Assembly: GCA_016292545.1 (NCBI GenBank)
Contig: JAEDIG010000001.1
Span: 2,412 to 66,411 of the forward strand
Source of the DNA: Bacteroidaceae bacterium
GTDB lineage: Bacteria; Bacteroidota; Bacteroidia; Bacteroidales; Bacteroidaceae
Length of the DNA: 64,000 bases
Direction: 5' to 3'
A program made the position numbers and the translations under genes. Positions 9,865-19,323 of this stretch are shown here, piece after piece. Within the stretch, counting starts at the first letter, position 1, and every line of letters begins with the position of its first letter. The notes beneath the pieces are model-generated. The model was not told where the DNA came from. It was given only the letters and a program-made list of their open reading frames with translations, and did no database searches.

Positions 9865-9908
9865 TTTGCCCAAAATTGCACGGTGCATCGTGCAATTTCG
9901 TATATTTG
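9865..9908 (+). promoter_or_regulatory. Candidate promoter with palindromic operator upstream of 10027
   Basis: Perfect 8-bp inverted repeat ATTGCACG-N6-CGTGCAAT at 9875-9896. It is followed by TATATTTG at 9901-9908, which matches the Bacteroidetes -7 consensus TAnnTTTG. Confidence 0.35.
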
Positions 9909-10026
9909 CACCACAAATGAATGGAAAATATGGAACGGATGGATGTTTTTTCCTGTTTCCCTTGTCTGGCTGATAGATTTTCTCTATATTTGCGTCCATA
10001 AAATTAACATTAAAGACGAAATCGTT

Positions 10027-11055
10027 ATGAAAATAGGAGTGGTTAACCCCAGGTCACACGTGATGGGCATGTGGATGATGTGCTGCTGCATGGCTGGACT
10101 TTCGTTAGGAGCGGTAGCACAGGAACCGATGGACAAGAATCGGTTGCCCAACAGCAGGTATCAGGAAAAATGGGAAGAGTATGTCCACGAGTATTCCAAG
10201 GGAGGATACAACGACCTTCTCACTGAGCATTATTTCAAGCAGACCGTATCGGTAGATGAGATGGTGGCAGCCTTCCATGCCAACAAGGACAAGAAGTTCA
10301 CCACCTCCCCATACGCAGGCCACGATTCTGTGGTATATGCCTTGTACAGCGAGCAGGTGCTGCTCACCTCGCCCATCTCGCGCCACCCGGAAAAGAAAGT
10401 GAGAGAATGCAGGGGAGTTTGGACAGACGGAAAGCTAGGGTATATCCTTAAAGCTGTGCAGGGAAAGGACGGAAAGACGGATGAGGCCCTTACAGAAAAA
10501 GTGAAGAAAACAACTTCACTCGAATGGCGCGAGGGAGATTTCGTTGCGCTCCGCAAACCTGTCCACTACATGGGGTTCATCGTTTCCCCACGTGTGCAGC
10601 TGGAAAGCTACAACAAGGAACGGCTTGTGGGATATGAGAATAGATTTCGCAACAAGGCCGACTATTTCTCCCATGCCGCACCGGGCTGGACAATAGACGG
10701 TGACTGGGACAGCGAGATTCCATGTGGAGCCCTGTTGCTGGGCAAGATGATCTGTCTGGATAGGACCAGTCGTTATGTAGGCCCGGAACGTACATTCTCG
10801 GTGCTGCTCTATCAGAAACCCGACAGCAAGGCCTATAAGCGGGAATACACATTGCAACTGTTGCTCCCCGAGAGCCCCGACAAGGATACGGCCGAGTTGT
10901 TCTGGCAGATGAAGAATTTTGTGGAGAAGTTGCGCATCAATGCGTTCAACCCTTTGTATACTACAGATTTTCGTATCATGACAGGCCGCTACTACCGTGT
11001 GACCGTGAACAAATGCGGGTGGCTGGTGGAGGACTACATGGCCATTAATAGATGA
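10027..11055 (+). CDS. Hypothetical secreted protein
   Basis: ORF 9883..11055 trimmed to the ATG at 10027, which precedes a signal-peptide-like MKIGVVNPRSHVMGMWMMCCCMAGLSLGAVAQ. No family recognised. Confidence 0.6.
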   Translation: MKIGVVNPRSHVMGMWMMCCCMAGLSLGAVAQEPMDKNRLPNSRYQEKWEEYVHEYSKGGYNDLLTEHYFKQTVSVDEMVAAFHANKDKKFTTSPYAGHDSVVYALYSEQVLLTSPISRHPEKKVRECRGVWTDGKLGYILKAVQGKDGKTDEALTEKVKKTTSLEWREGDFVALRKPVHYMGFIVSPRVQLESYNKERLVGYENRFRNKADYFSHAAPGWTIDGDWDSEIPCGALLLGKMICLDRTSRYVGPERTFSVLLYQKPDSKAYKREYTLQLLLPESPDKDTAELFWQMKNFVEKLRINAFNPLYTTDFRIMTGRYYRVTVNKCGWLVEDYMAINR

Positions 11056-12068
11056 AGAGGCTTATGAAAATTCAGGCATTATTATTGCTCTGCTGCTCTC
11101 TGCATTTGAATGCACAGCAGCCATTCGGCGCAGAGATAGACTGTCTGCGGAACGGTTTCCATCGTCAGTACATACGCCAGGAAAAGGTGGGTGTGCTGGA
11201 TTCCTGCGATGTGTTCTACCAATGTGGAAAAGGCTCCACCGGTTCCATCGGTGACAAACAGTTGCGTATCGTATATGACGATGCCCTCCATCAGGCCGAC
11301 GGCTACCAGCTCCCGCCTTCGCGTTTCGTGGTCGTCGAGGAAGAGTTGCCCGACGGCCGTTCCCGTGCAGGCAAACTCTATTGGATGGGACCTTTGGAGA
11401 TGGCCGACAGCAAGGAAAATGTGCGTCTTGCCAAGCAGATGCGGAAACGCTATGGATGCCAGAAGTTGAGCGACAGTCTTGAATGCGTGCCGGCCCAGTG
11501 GTTTACGGGTTCATTGCATGTGCTTGCCTGGCCCTTTGCATACGGAGGGGAGGCCGTGTCTCGCCGCATGCTCACCTATCGGGTGGAGCAGGGAGTGGTT
11601 GTCCCCACGGAAAAGGGCCGTCTGTATGTGGACGACTTCACTTATCACGGAGCAGACAGGGAGGCCTCCATTTTATGCGGCATGCGGGCGGACGGCAAGA
11701 TGGATATCAGGCTGGACGGCAAGACCTCCCCTGAGGAAGATGCGCTGGAATCGCGTCGCGGGCTTCATCTGTTTGCCAGCGGTGTGAACAGCCTGATGGA
11801 CGCAAACCTGCTCCCGGCCGACCTTGAATGCGCGCTTCCCGTGATGCTTTATCTGGACACTTGGGGAAAGGCGCATCTCTATGCCCTGTCCGAACAGCTG
11901 ACCGCACAGGAGCGCCTCCTGCTGGCCCTGCTGTCGGGTGCGGTGGCATCCCAGCCAGCCAATGTGTTCCGGCCGTATTGGTGCGGAAGGGGTGCATTTC
12001 CCGCCATCTACCTTGAGGCCAGGCTGAAAAACCGGAAATGGAGTTTTGTGGACTATCGGTTCAAGTGA
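11052..12068 (+). CDS. Hypothetical secreted protein
   Basis: ATGA overlap with the preceding gene. Signal peptide MKRLMKIQALLLLCCSLHLNAQ. No family recognised. Confidence 0.6.
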   Translation: MKRLMKIQALLLLCCSLHLNAQQPFGAEIDCLRNGFHRQYIRQEKVGVLDSCDVFYQCGKGSTGSIGDKQLRIVYDDALHQADGYQLPPSRFVVVEEELPDGRSRAGKLYWMGPLEMADSKENVRLAKQMRKRYGCQKLSDSLECVPAQWFTGSLHVLAWPFAYGGEAVSRRMLTYRVEQGVVVPTEKGRLYVDDFTYHGADREASILCGMRADGKMDIRLDGKTSPEEDALESRRGLHLFASGVNSLMDANLLPADLECALPVMLYLDTWGKAHLYALSEQLTAQERLLLALLSGAVASQPANVFRPYWCGRGAFPAIYLEARLKNRKWSFVDYRFK

Positions 12069-12087
12069 CACCAGCAGTATGATGGGC

Positions 12088-13206
12088 TTATGCCAACTCT
12101 TCAAACACCAGCTCATAATTGGTGCTTCTTCCTCCGTCATCGGTTTTGCGCAGTATACCCTTATGGATAAGATCATTGATGTCTCGCGTTGCGGTGTCCT
12201 GGGAACAGTGGTTTATCTTATACCATTTGGAGGAATTGAGTTTTCCCTCGAAACCATCTAGGAGCATGTTCAGGACCTTCCGTTGCCGGTCATTGAGCGG
12301 GAGGTCCTGGTATACATCCCAGAATTTCTTCTTCATTACCACCCTTTCGGTCTTGTCCAACGCCGTTTCAACGGCCTTCTTCAGTGTTTCAAGAAACCAC
12401 ATTATCCATGCTGTCACATCCAGCCCGCCTTTCTGGGCCTCCTCCAAGTGTTGGTAATATGAGTTTCGCTTGTTCAATATCTCGGCAGAAAGGCTGTAGT
12501 ACCGTTGGGAGGAATGGTCGGCGCGCGACAGGAGAAGTTCTGTGATTGTACGACACAAGCGTCCGTTGCCATCGTCAAAAGGATGGATGGTAACAAACCA
12601 TAGATGGGCTATGGCGGCTTTCACCAGAGGGTCAATATCCTTTGAGTCATTGTCCAGCCATTGCAGGAATGCGTCCATCATCTCTGGTACAGCCTCACAG
12701 GGTGGAGCTTCGTAGTGTACTTTCTGATGTCCCAACGGCCCCGAAACCACTTGCATTGGTTCCTCCCCGCAGCGCCAGGCACCCACGTTTATCTTGTACA
12801 TTCCGCTACGACCAGTGGGAAAGAGTGCACTGTGCCATGCAAAAAGTCTCTCATCATCAATCGTCTTGTCGTGGTTGGCTGTTGCATCAACCATTATGTC
12901 CACCACTCCTTCTGTATAATGGTCAGGGACAGGCAGTCCGGCATGGCTGAGCCCCAGATGGCGTGCCACGGAGGATTGCACACTGTCGTGGTCTAATATT
13001 TCGCCTTCTATTCCTGCGGAATTGACAATCTCCATTGTCATGGAGTCGAGCACAGATTCCTCCTGCTCCTTGAAGCCGAACATGGACAACCGTCCTGCAA
13101 GTCTGCCTCTCAGCGTATTCACATTTGCCAGCAATCCGCAGAGCTGCGAGTCGTCCCAATACATCTTGGGCCATCCCTGTTTTTGCCAGATGTAGCTTTC
13201 CATCAT
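12088..13206 (-). CDS. Fic/DOC family protein (DUF4172-type N-terminus, Fic core, C-terminal wHTH-like)
   Basis: Fic active-site motif HPFDDGNGRLCR. N-terminus IWQKQGWPKMYWDD is typical of DUF4172-Fic proteins. Start taken at the internal Met pair (13206/13203) rather than the ORF start at 13263. Candidate -7 box on the minus strand (CAAAAATA on plus, 13229-13236). Confidence 0.88.
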   Translation of the reverse strand: MMESYIWQKQGWPKMYWDDSQLCGLLANVNTLRGRLAGRLSMFGFKEQEESVLDSMTMEIVNSAGIEGEILDHDSVQSSVARHLGLSHAGLPVPDHYTEGVVDIMVDATANHDKTIDDERLFAWHSALFPTGRSGMYKINVGAWRCGEEPMQVVSGPLGHQKVHYEAPPCEAVPEMMDAFLQWLDNDSKDIDPLVKAAIAHLWFVTIHPFDDGNGRLCRTITELLLSRADHSSQRYYSLSAEILNKRNSYYQHLEEAQKGGLDVTAWIMWFLETLKKAVETALDKTERVVMKKKFWDVYQDLPLNDRQRKVLNMLLDGFEGKLNSSKWYKINHCSQDTATRDINDLIHKGILRKTDDGGRSTNYELVFEELA

Positions 13207-13265
13207 ATTTACATTGGTTTTTGTGTTGCAAAAATACAATAAAATGCAGACTCTCCCAAACATTT

Positions 13266-13306
13266 GCGGAGAAAAACAGCATTATTCTCCGCATTTTTGC
13301 GGAGAA
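13266..13306. terminator. Stem-loop with competing third arm between the capA-like and fic genes
   Basis: GCGGAGAA (13266-13273) and TTCTCCGC (13285-13292) form an 8-bp stem followed by ATTTTT on the plus strand. A second GCGGAGAA at 13299-13306 can pair with the same middle arm. Confidence 0.35.
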
Positions 13307-13337
13307 AGAGCATTCTGGCCGTTTATGTGCGGGGTTG

Positions 13338-14297
13338 TCACCTTTCCCATTCCGGCCTGCAGGAGCGGATGCGGATGGGGAGGAGCGAGGCCGACAGGCT
13401 GTCGTGGCGGACAACAAGGCGGGCCACGGCACCGCGGCAGGTGGTCGGATGGTGCTGGTCGAAGGCGAAGCCTCCCAGGCTGTAATATGTGGGGATGAGG
13501 TCGTGCGGCCGCGGAGGCTGCACCACATGGGGATGGTGACCGATGATGGCATCGGCTCCTGCGTGGGCGAGCACTGTGGCCTGGCTGATTTGTGTGAGCG
13601 AGGCGTGTGGCTGGAACTCCACACCCCAGTGCAGGATGCAGACGATGTGGTGAGAGGGATGCCGGGTGCTGTAGGTGCGTATGGAGCGTGTGAGTTGGGA
13701 GAGCGAAGGCTGGATGGGGGAGAGGGCTCCAGAACGGGGCATCCAGTTTTCAAGACTCAGAAGAACCGCGGGAAACAGGGCGACATGGAGGCCGGCCTTG
13801 CTGATGACGGTGGGAGTGATGAGATGCGAGGTGTCGTTGCTTACGGTGTCGCATCCCATGGGCACAATGCCGGCACGGGAGAGGACATTGAGGGTGGATT
13901 GCAAGCCTTGGGCACCCTGGTCGTTGGAGTGGTTGTTGGCCAGTGTGGCATGTGTGATGCCTGCCCTGCGCAGCATGGAAGCCATGCAGGTGTCGCCGCG
14001 GAAGACATAGCGTTTGCCCAAAGGGGTGGACACGGAGGTGAGCGGACATTCAAGGTTGGCCACCGTGGCGTCGGCACTGCGCAGGACGGGGGCCACATCG
14101 GCAAGCAGCCAGTCGGCGGGATGAGCGGACATGGCTGTGCGTACACCCCGGTCGAGCAACAGGTCGCCCGTGAAGAGCACCACCAGGGAGTCATCGGTTT
14201 GCATGTGGGCAGAGCCTGCCTCCTGCGGTGAGGGACTGCACATGGCGAGACACACAACCGCAGGAAGCAGGCAAAGAAGGGTGCGAGGGGTCAGCAT
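13338..14297 (-). CDS. CapA-family (PGA_cap) metallophosphatase-like protein
   Basis: Motifs ANNHSNDQG, ILHWGVEFQ and GADAIIGHHPHVVQ. Start moved to MLTPRTLLCLLPAVVCLAMC (lipoprotein-like signal) at 14297. Confidence 0.8.
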   Translation of the reverse strand: MLTPRTLLCLLPAVVCLAMCSPSPQEAGSAHMQTDDSLVVLFTGDLLLDRGVRTAMSAHPADWLLADVAPVLRSADATVANLECPLTSVSTPLGKRYVFRGDTCMASMLRRAGITHATLANNHSNDQGAQGLQSTLNVLSRAGIVPMGCDTVSNDTSHLITPTVISKAGLHVALFPAVLLSLENWMPRSGALSPIQPSLSQLTRSIRTYSTRHPSHHIVCILHWGVEFQPHASLTQISQATVLAHAGADAIIGHHPHVVQPPRPHDLIPTYYSLGGFAFDQHHPTTCRGAVARLVVRHDSLSASLLPIRIRSCRPEWER

Positions 14298-16834
14298 CCT
14301 GTGCTGTAGACAAACCGTTCGTCGGCACGTGCCGGCTGGCGTGTGATGAAAGGAAGCATCCATTCGGGCATCGGAGGCACGCCCTTGCCGCTGTAGAGCA
14401 TCTCCTGCCACTGCTCGTCGGTGAGACGGTCACCCATTGGGCGCACGAACTCATAATAGCTGTAGGTGGCACCGCGTGTGAGATAGCATCTTCCGTCTAT
14501 CTCCACCACCACGTAGATTTCCATTGGCAGGCCTGCGGCCTCGTAGAGAATACCGTCCTTGCTGCAACCGGGGATGTTGCGTGTGAAAACATCGCTCACC
14601 TGTGCCACACAGCGGTCGGGACCCTTGAGATCATCCCAGGATGGATATGCGTTTTCCGTGTCTATGACGGAGAGCGTGAACCATTCGAGTGTGGCCCCGA
14701 TATGGTAAATTCCTTCGTGCTCGTTCTGGGTGAGGGACTGGCCGGACAGCTCCTTCTCGGCTATGCTGCGGCATTTTCCCACAATGTCTGCCAAGTGGGT
14801 GCTTCTGTCCTTGAGCGTTTCGGTGAGGAAACCATTGCGGCTGAGCATTTTTTCAGTGAGGGCAATGAGTGCTTCCAGTTCCTTCCAGAAGGGAAGGTTG
14901 GGCTCCACATATCCCACATTCCTCGGGTCGGGCAATCCGCCGCCTCCGCATTCGGCTGCCATGGGCTGCTCGGCATAGAGAAGGGCATCGTGCTTGAGCA
15001 GGGCCCATGAGGCGAGCGATGTATTCAGGTTCTTGCGTTTCCATGCCGTGGTTTGCATGAAGGACGGCTGGTCCTTTCTGGGCTGCTGCATGAGTTGGAG
15101 AATGTGCATCCATTTGTCGTAGAGTGTGTTGTCCCATCCCGTGAATGCCTTGCAGCGCTCTTGCTGTGCTTGCCGCAGTTTGTCATAGTCGGCCCAGGGC
15201 TGTTGCTTGTTGAGCGTGGATAGTATGGATGTGGCTTCTTCCACGCCCATCACGTCCATTACGTCGAGCCCCGAGGGATAGGCTCGCGGCGCATCCTGCA
15301 GCGGGTCGTAGAGCGTGGCCAGGATTTCACCGTCCGATGTGTACCGGCTTGGCATCAGGTTGAGCTCGTCCTCCAGTCCGTCTGTCTCCACCTTGGGGCG
15401 GATGCGGTTGGCATCCTTGAACTGTTCCTTCAGCCATTCGTCTATACGGTTCATCTGTTCTTCATCGCGCAGATTGACTGGATTGGGCATCTCGCTGCGC
15501 ATCCACACGGCAAGGTCTATGACCGACACATTGTCGGGCCGGCCCATGAGGAAGGAGATGGCCTGGTTCAGCCGGCGCAGTTCATGCTGCGCTGCCGGCG
15601 TTTCGTTGATGAGGGTGGCCAGGTTGGCAGCCGTGAACAGCTGCTGTTCGTCCTCGCGCATGAAGCATCCCTTCTGAATCCACATCATGGCGCGGAAATA
15701 GCGTGCCGTCTCCTCGCTGCGTGTATAGTGGCCGCGCGGTTTGAAAAGGGAATAGGGGAAATGGGTCTTTGTGCGGAACAGAGGTGATATTTCGTCCTGT
15801 GCATTCTCCACGAGGGCAAGCTCGCGGTTGTACAGGTCCATGCCATATTCGCCCATCCTGTGGTCAAGGTGCTGGAACATCTTCATGGGGTCGCATCCCA
15901 GCAGTTTCAGCCCCACTGCCAGATACACAGCCAGGTCTATGTCCTCGGGGTTGCGCATTTCGGGGCACATGCACAGGCGGTTGTCGTCGCACGACTTGAG
16001 CAAATGGGCCAGCGCCTTGTAGAGTGATGGGGCAAGGGCATCCTTCTCGATGCTCTTGAGCACAAAGCTGAAATACATGTGGGTGGCTTGCAGCATCACG
16101 TCGGTGGTGACGAAGCTGGGAATGCAGTGGTAGTTGTTCGCCTCATAGATGTTGAAGAGCTGCTGGCATGTGGAAGGCTGCATTGCCATGTTGTGGGTGC
16201 GGAGCAGCCGTGTGATGCAGGTGTCGGGGCGGTAGAGCTGGAAATGGTTGATGGCTATGTCGGGGTTGAGCAGGCTGATGCCCTCGGGCGAGGTGATTCC
16301 CTTGTGCCGGACAAGGGAATCCATGCGTGCGTCTATGCGGTGCACGAAGGCCTGTTCCCCGGATGTGAGAGCGATGAACTTGTATGCCAGACTTGTGTCG
16401 TCCTCCCACAGTGCCTTGAAGTAGCGTTCGGTCAGCCGTGCTTTCGCCGTGTCCTTGTAGTCATAGTTCTCCCACATGTTGTAGGTATAGTTGGAATACC
16501 AGTCGGTGTGCTTGCAGAAGAAGTTGTTCAGGTCGCCCTCCATGAACCAGTGCCCGTGGATGGCATACACATAGCTGCGCAGCAGGCGCAGTTGGCTGTA
16601 GGAGAGGCGGCCGATGTCCAGCAGAGTGTCCACCCCCTGTGGCAGGGGTTTGTCCTGTAGCATGAAGAAGAGGCTGTCGGGATGCAGGTCGCCTGCAGAT
16701 GCCGAACATTCCGTCTGGCCGGATGCAGGCTGTGAAGAATCCGTCTGTGCAGATCCTGTTCGTCTGCCACATCCACAGGTGAGAACCAGCGGAAGGACCA
16801 GGGCGAGCATACGTGTGAGCTGATGTCTGTTCAT
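14291..16834 (-). CDS. Lipoprotein with YARHG domain and DUF3160-like body
   Basis: Start at ATG 16834 (MNRHQLTRMLALVLPLVLTCGCG lipobox). LRLLRSYVYAIHGHWF resembles the YARHG motif. KPRGHYTRSEETARYFRAMMW resembles the DUF3160 core. Its stop overlaps the capA-like start by 7 nt. Confidence 0.65.
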   Translation of the reverse strand: MNRHQLTRMLALVLPLVLTCGCGRRTGSAQTDSSQPASGQTECSASAGDLHPDSLFFMLQDKPLPQGVDTLLDIGRLSYSQLRLLRSYVYAIHGHWFMEGDLNNFFCKHTDWYSNYTYNMWENYDYKDTAKARLTERYFKALWEDDTSLAYKFIALTSGEQAFVHRIDARMDSLVRHKGITSPEGISLLNPDIAINHFQLYRPDTCITRLLRTHNMAMQPSTCQQLFNIYEANNYHCIPSFVTTDVMLQATHMYFSFVLKSIEKDALAPSLYKALAHLLKSCDDNRLCMCPEMRNPEDIDLAVYLAVGLKLLGCDPMKMFQHLDHRMGEYGMDLYNRELALVENAQDEISPLFRTKTHFPYSLFKPRGHYTRSEETARYFRAMMWIQKGCFMREDEQQLFTAANLATLINETPAAQHELRRLNQAISFLMGRPDNVSVIDLAVWMRSEMPNPVNLRDEEQMNRIDEWLKEQFKDANRIRPKVETDGLEDELNLMPSRYTSDGEILATLYDPLQDAPRAYPSGLDVMDVMGVEEATSILSTLNKQQPWADYDKLRQAQQERCKAFTGWDNTLYDKWMHILQLMQQPRKDQPSFMQTTAWKRKNLNTSLASWALLKHDALLYAEQPMAAECGGGGLPDPRNVGYVEPNLPFWKELEALIALTEKMLSRNGFLTETLKDRSTHLADIVGKCRSIAEKELSGQSLTQNEHEGIYHIGATLEWFTLSVIDTENAYPSWDDLKGPDRCVAQVSDVFTRNIPGCSKDGILYEAAGLPMEIYVVVEIDGRCYLTRGATYSYYEFVRPMGDRLTDEQWQEMLYSGKGVPPMPEWMLPFITRQPARADERFVYSTGC

Positions 16835-16851
16835 AATATAATATATATGTA

Positions 16852-17370
16852 TTAATAATGTTTGCCGGGCAATTCTTTCCTGAACTGCAGGCCAAAGCCT
16901 CGCCAGAAATATTCGCGCTCTATGCTGATGCTGTCGGGGAGCATCTCTGTGGTGTGGATGCAGGCAGGCGTGGAATCCCTGCATACGCGGAAATCCATGA
17001 GGGGATGGCCCACTCTCGACCCCATCCAAAGGGGTCTTATGTAGCGGCCTTCGAAGAGGTGGAAGATGAACAGCCTGCGGGCAGGATGCCGGTGATAGCG
17101 GGTGGGTTTCACCACACCCACACATATCTCAGGAATGCCATTGCCCGTGAGGTCGCCGCAGTCGAACCGATAGACGGGCCAGGGCAGCAGAAAACTGTCC
17201 ACACACACACCGTCCACGTCCAGCCACAGGGTATGGAGTGTGTCGGCCTGTTGCTCCATTCGGATGCGCCATGCCCCATCCTCGTAGGTCTGCACAGGTG
17301 GATGGCCATGGGTGCAGGCCGCTGTCAGAAGCACGGTCAGTGTCATAGCGGCAATGTGTTTCGGTTCCAT
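16852..17370 (-). CDS. Hypothetical lipoprotein (single FG-GAP/VCBS-like motif)
   Basis: The track start at 17373 is GTG; the ATG at 17370 gives MEPKHIAAMTLTVLLTAACTHG (lipobox). DLTGNGIPEICVGV is FG-GAP-like. Lies 3 nt after the susR-like stop. Confidence 0.55.
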   Translation of the reverse strand: MEPKHIAAMTLTVLLTAACTHGHPPVQTYEDGAWRIRMEQQADTLHTLWLDVDGVCVDSFLLPWPVYRFDCGDLTGNGIPEICVGVVKPTRYHRHPARRLFIFHLFEGRYIRPLWMGSRVGHPLMDFRVCRDSTPACIHTTEMLPDSISIEREYFWRGFGLQFRKELPGKHY

Positions 17371-17373
17371 CAC

Positions 17374-19062
17374 CTACAGTTCCTTGAGCCTGCGGCGGAA
17401 TTCGTCCTTGTCGTAGAGGCTGTTGCCCCGCACCCTGGAGCTATAGTTGTAGACCGTGGGCATGGAGTAGTTGAGGATGCGTGCTATCTGCCCCATGTCG
17501 TCGACTCCCAGCCGCATGAGTGCGAAGATGCGCAGTTCCGTGCTCAGTCGTTCGCCTTTCTTGGGACGCAGTTGTGCCTCTGGTTTGAGCAGCGCATTGA
17601 ATCGTTCCACAAACTGGGGATGGATGTTGAGGAAGGCATCGTCGAAATCCTTGCACAGTTGCTGTTGGGCATCGGCCACGGTGGTGTCTGTCTTGAGCCG
17701 GTTGAGCAACTCGTCCTGATGGCCCGATTTGGCAATCTTCAGGAGCGAGCGATGGAAGGTGTCCAGTATGTCGATATACTGGCGGCAGCGTGTCAGATAG
17801 ATGGCAATGTAGTCCTCCCTGAGGCGGGAGGAATCGTTCAGCCTGCGGTTGATGTCCTCCAGTTGCTGGTTCGAGAGGGCCAGTTGCTGGTTGGTGAGTG
17901 CCAGTTCCGACCGTGTCTGTCGCAGTTTCTGGGCTTCGCGCCAGAGCGAGAGTGTGATGACGAGGATGATGAGAAGGAGGGTGGTGAGCGCACCGATGAG
18001 CGCCTTCTCCCTATGGTCCTTTCGTGTGACTACATTCTTGTAGGCCTGGTCTATGATGGGGAATATCTTGTTGATTTGCACACTGCGCAGCATGGCATTG
18101 CTGCTCGACGCATCCTCCATCGAGCAACGCAGGTAGTCATAGGCGCGGATGATGTCTCCCCTTTTGTAGAGCAGGTTGGCCAGGTGTGGCAGCGCAGTGT
18201 ATTCAGCCACTCCGTTTTTCAGGTCATTGCTCACTGTTTGTGCCAGTGCCCGCATTTGTTTGTCGGTCTGTCCCCTCAGGCGATACACCTCGGCCAGGTT
18301 GTAGAGCGTATAGGAGAGTTGGGTGCCGCTGACATGTTCCACCAGTGGAAGCAGCATCTTTTCTGCGCTGTCTATCTTGTTTTCCACAATCATCTTGTCG
18401 GCCATCACGATACATCGGCTCAGCGAGTCGCAGTCAATGCGCAGGATGGAGTCGCGGTAGCATGCTGTCCTGTGGAGGGCCTCCCTGTTGTCGAGCCCTA
18501 TGTTGCTCAGATAGTCGGCCTCCCATCCATGGATGGTTCTGCAGATGTGCATATAATCCGTGCGTTCCTTTTTCCCCAGATGGGCGACACATACTTTTCC
18601 CAATTGCCGTTTGGCTCCTTCATAGTCGCCCATGAAGGCCAGGGACAGTGCCCTGCGGCTGTGGGCATAGTTCAGCATGCAAGTGTCTGCTTTCTTCTCG
18701 GCCAGTTGGATGAGATGGTCCACATAGCGGAGAGCCGAGTCGGCCTGAAAGTCGGAGTAGGTGAGATGGATTTGCTTGTACACTTTCATGTGTTGGCTTT
18801 CGGGCAGTGCAGGAATCATGCCCACCAGACTGTCGATAGTGGACTGGCGTGCTTGCTTGAACCCCTGTTTGCCGGCAATCACCTTGTCCAGTTCACAGAG
18901 TTCCTTGTGGAGTGCAACGGCATCCTCATCTCCTGTTGCATACAGGCTCTTGCTCAGGTTCTTGTCGTGATAGACAACCCGGGCTAGCAGAATGAAACAG
19001 ATGGCAACGAGCATCAGCACGATGGCCTCGATTGCATACTGGAAGGAGAGACGTTTGTGCAT
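17374..19062 (-). CDS. susR: SusR-like membrane-anchored regulator (TPR-like repeats, second TM, coiled coil, C-terminal HTH)
   Basis: Start at ATG 19062 (MHKRLSFQYAIEAIVLMLVAICFILLA, TM helix). C-terminal HTH LSTELRIFALMRLGVDDMGQIARILNYSMPTVYNYSSRVR. Divergent from the sus-like operon, as in the Bacteroides Sus paradigm. Candidate -7 box on the minus strand (CAAAGATA on plus, 19094-19101). Confidence 0.65.
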   Translation of the reverse strand: MHKRLSFQYAIEAIVLMLVAICFILLARVVYHDKNLSKSLYATGDEDAVALHKELCELDKVIAGKQGFKQARQSTIDSLVGMIPALPESQHMKVYKQIHLTYSDFQADSALRYVDHLIQLAEKKADTCMLNYAHSRRALSLAFMGDYEGAKRQLGKVCVAHLGKKERTDYMHICRTIHGWEADYLSNIGLDNREALHRTACYRDSILRIDCDSLSRCIVMADKMIVENKIDSAEKMLLPLVEHVSGTQLSYTLYNLAEVYRLRGQTDKQMRALAQTVSNDLKNGVAEYTALPHLANLLYKRGDIIRAYDYLRCSMEDASSSNAMLRSVQINKIFPIIDQAYKNVVTRKDHREKALIGALTTLLLIILVITLSLWREAQKLRQTRSELALTNQQLALSNQQLEDINRRLNDSSRLREDYIAIYLTRCRQYIDILDTFHRSLLKIAKSGHQDELLNRLKTDTTVADAQQQLCKDFDDAFLNIHPQFVERFNALLKPEAQLRPKKGERLSTELRIFALMRLGVDDMGQIARILNYSMPTVYNYSSRVRGNSLYDKDEFRRRLKEL

Positions 19063-19266
19063 GGTTTTGTGTCTGTAGAAGGTTTTTCGTGGGCAAAGAT
19101 AAGGAATTTTGGTGAATAAACAAAGGAAATCCAGGAAAATTCGCACTTTAATTCATTTACATTTTATTTGCTCATGATGGGTATACATTTATTGTATATC
19201 AAATGATTATATTTTAATTAGACTTATATTTTTTCTTTTTGCGTATGACATGCGAATTATTTTTCC

Positions 19267-19274
19267 TAATTTTG
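19267..19274 (+). promoter_or_regulatory. Candidate -7 promoter box (TAATTTTG) of the sus-like operon
   Basis: Exact match to the Bacteroidetes TAnnTTTG consensus 50 nt upstream of ATG 19324. TTTG at 19238-19241 is a possible -33 element, though the spacing is somewhat long. Confidence 0.4.
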
Positions 19275-19323
19275 CAGCTGGAAATCTTCCGCAATCTAAC
19301 CACGAATACATCAACAACGAAAC

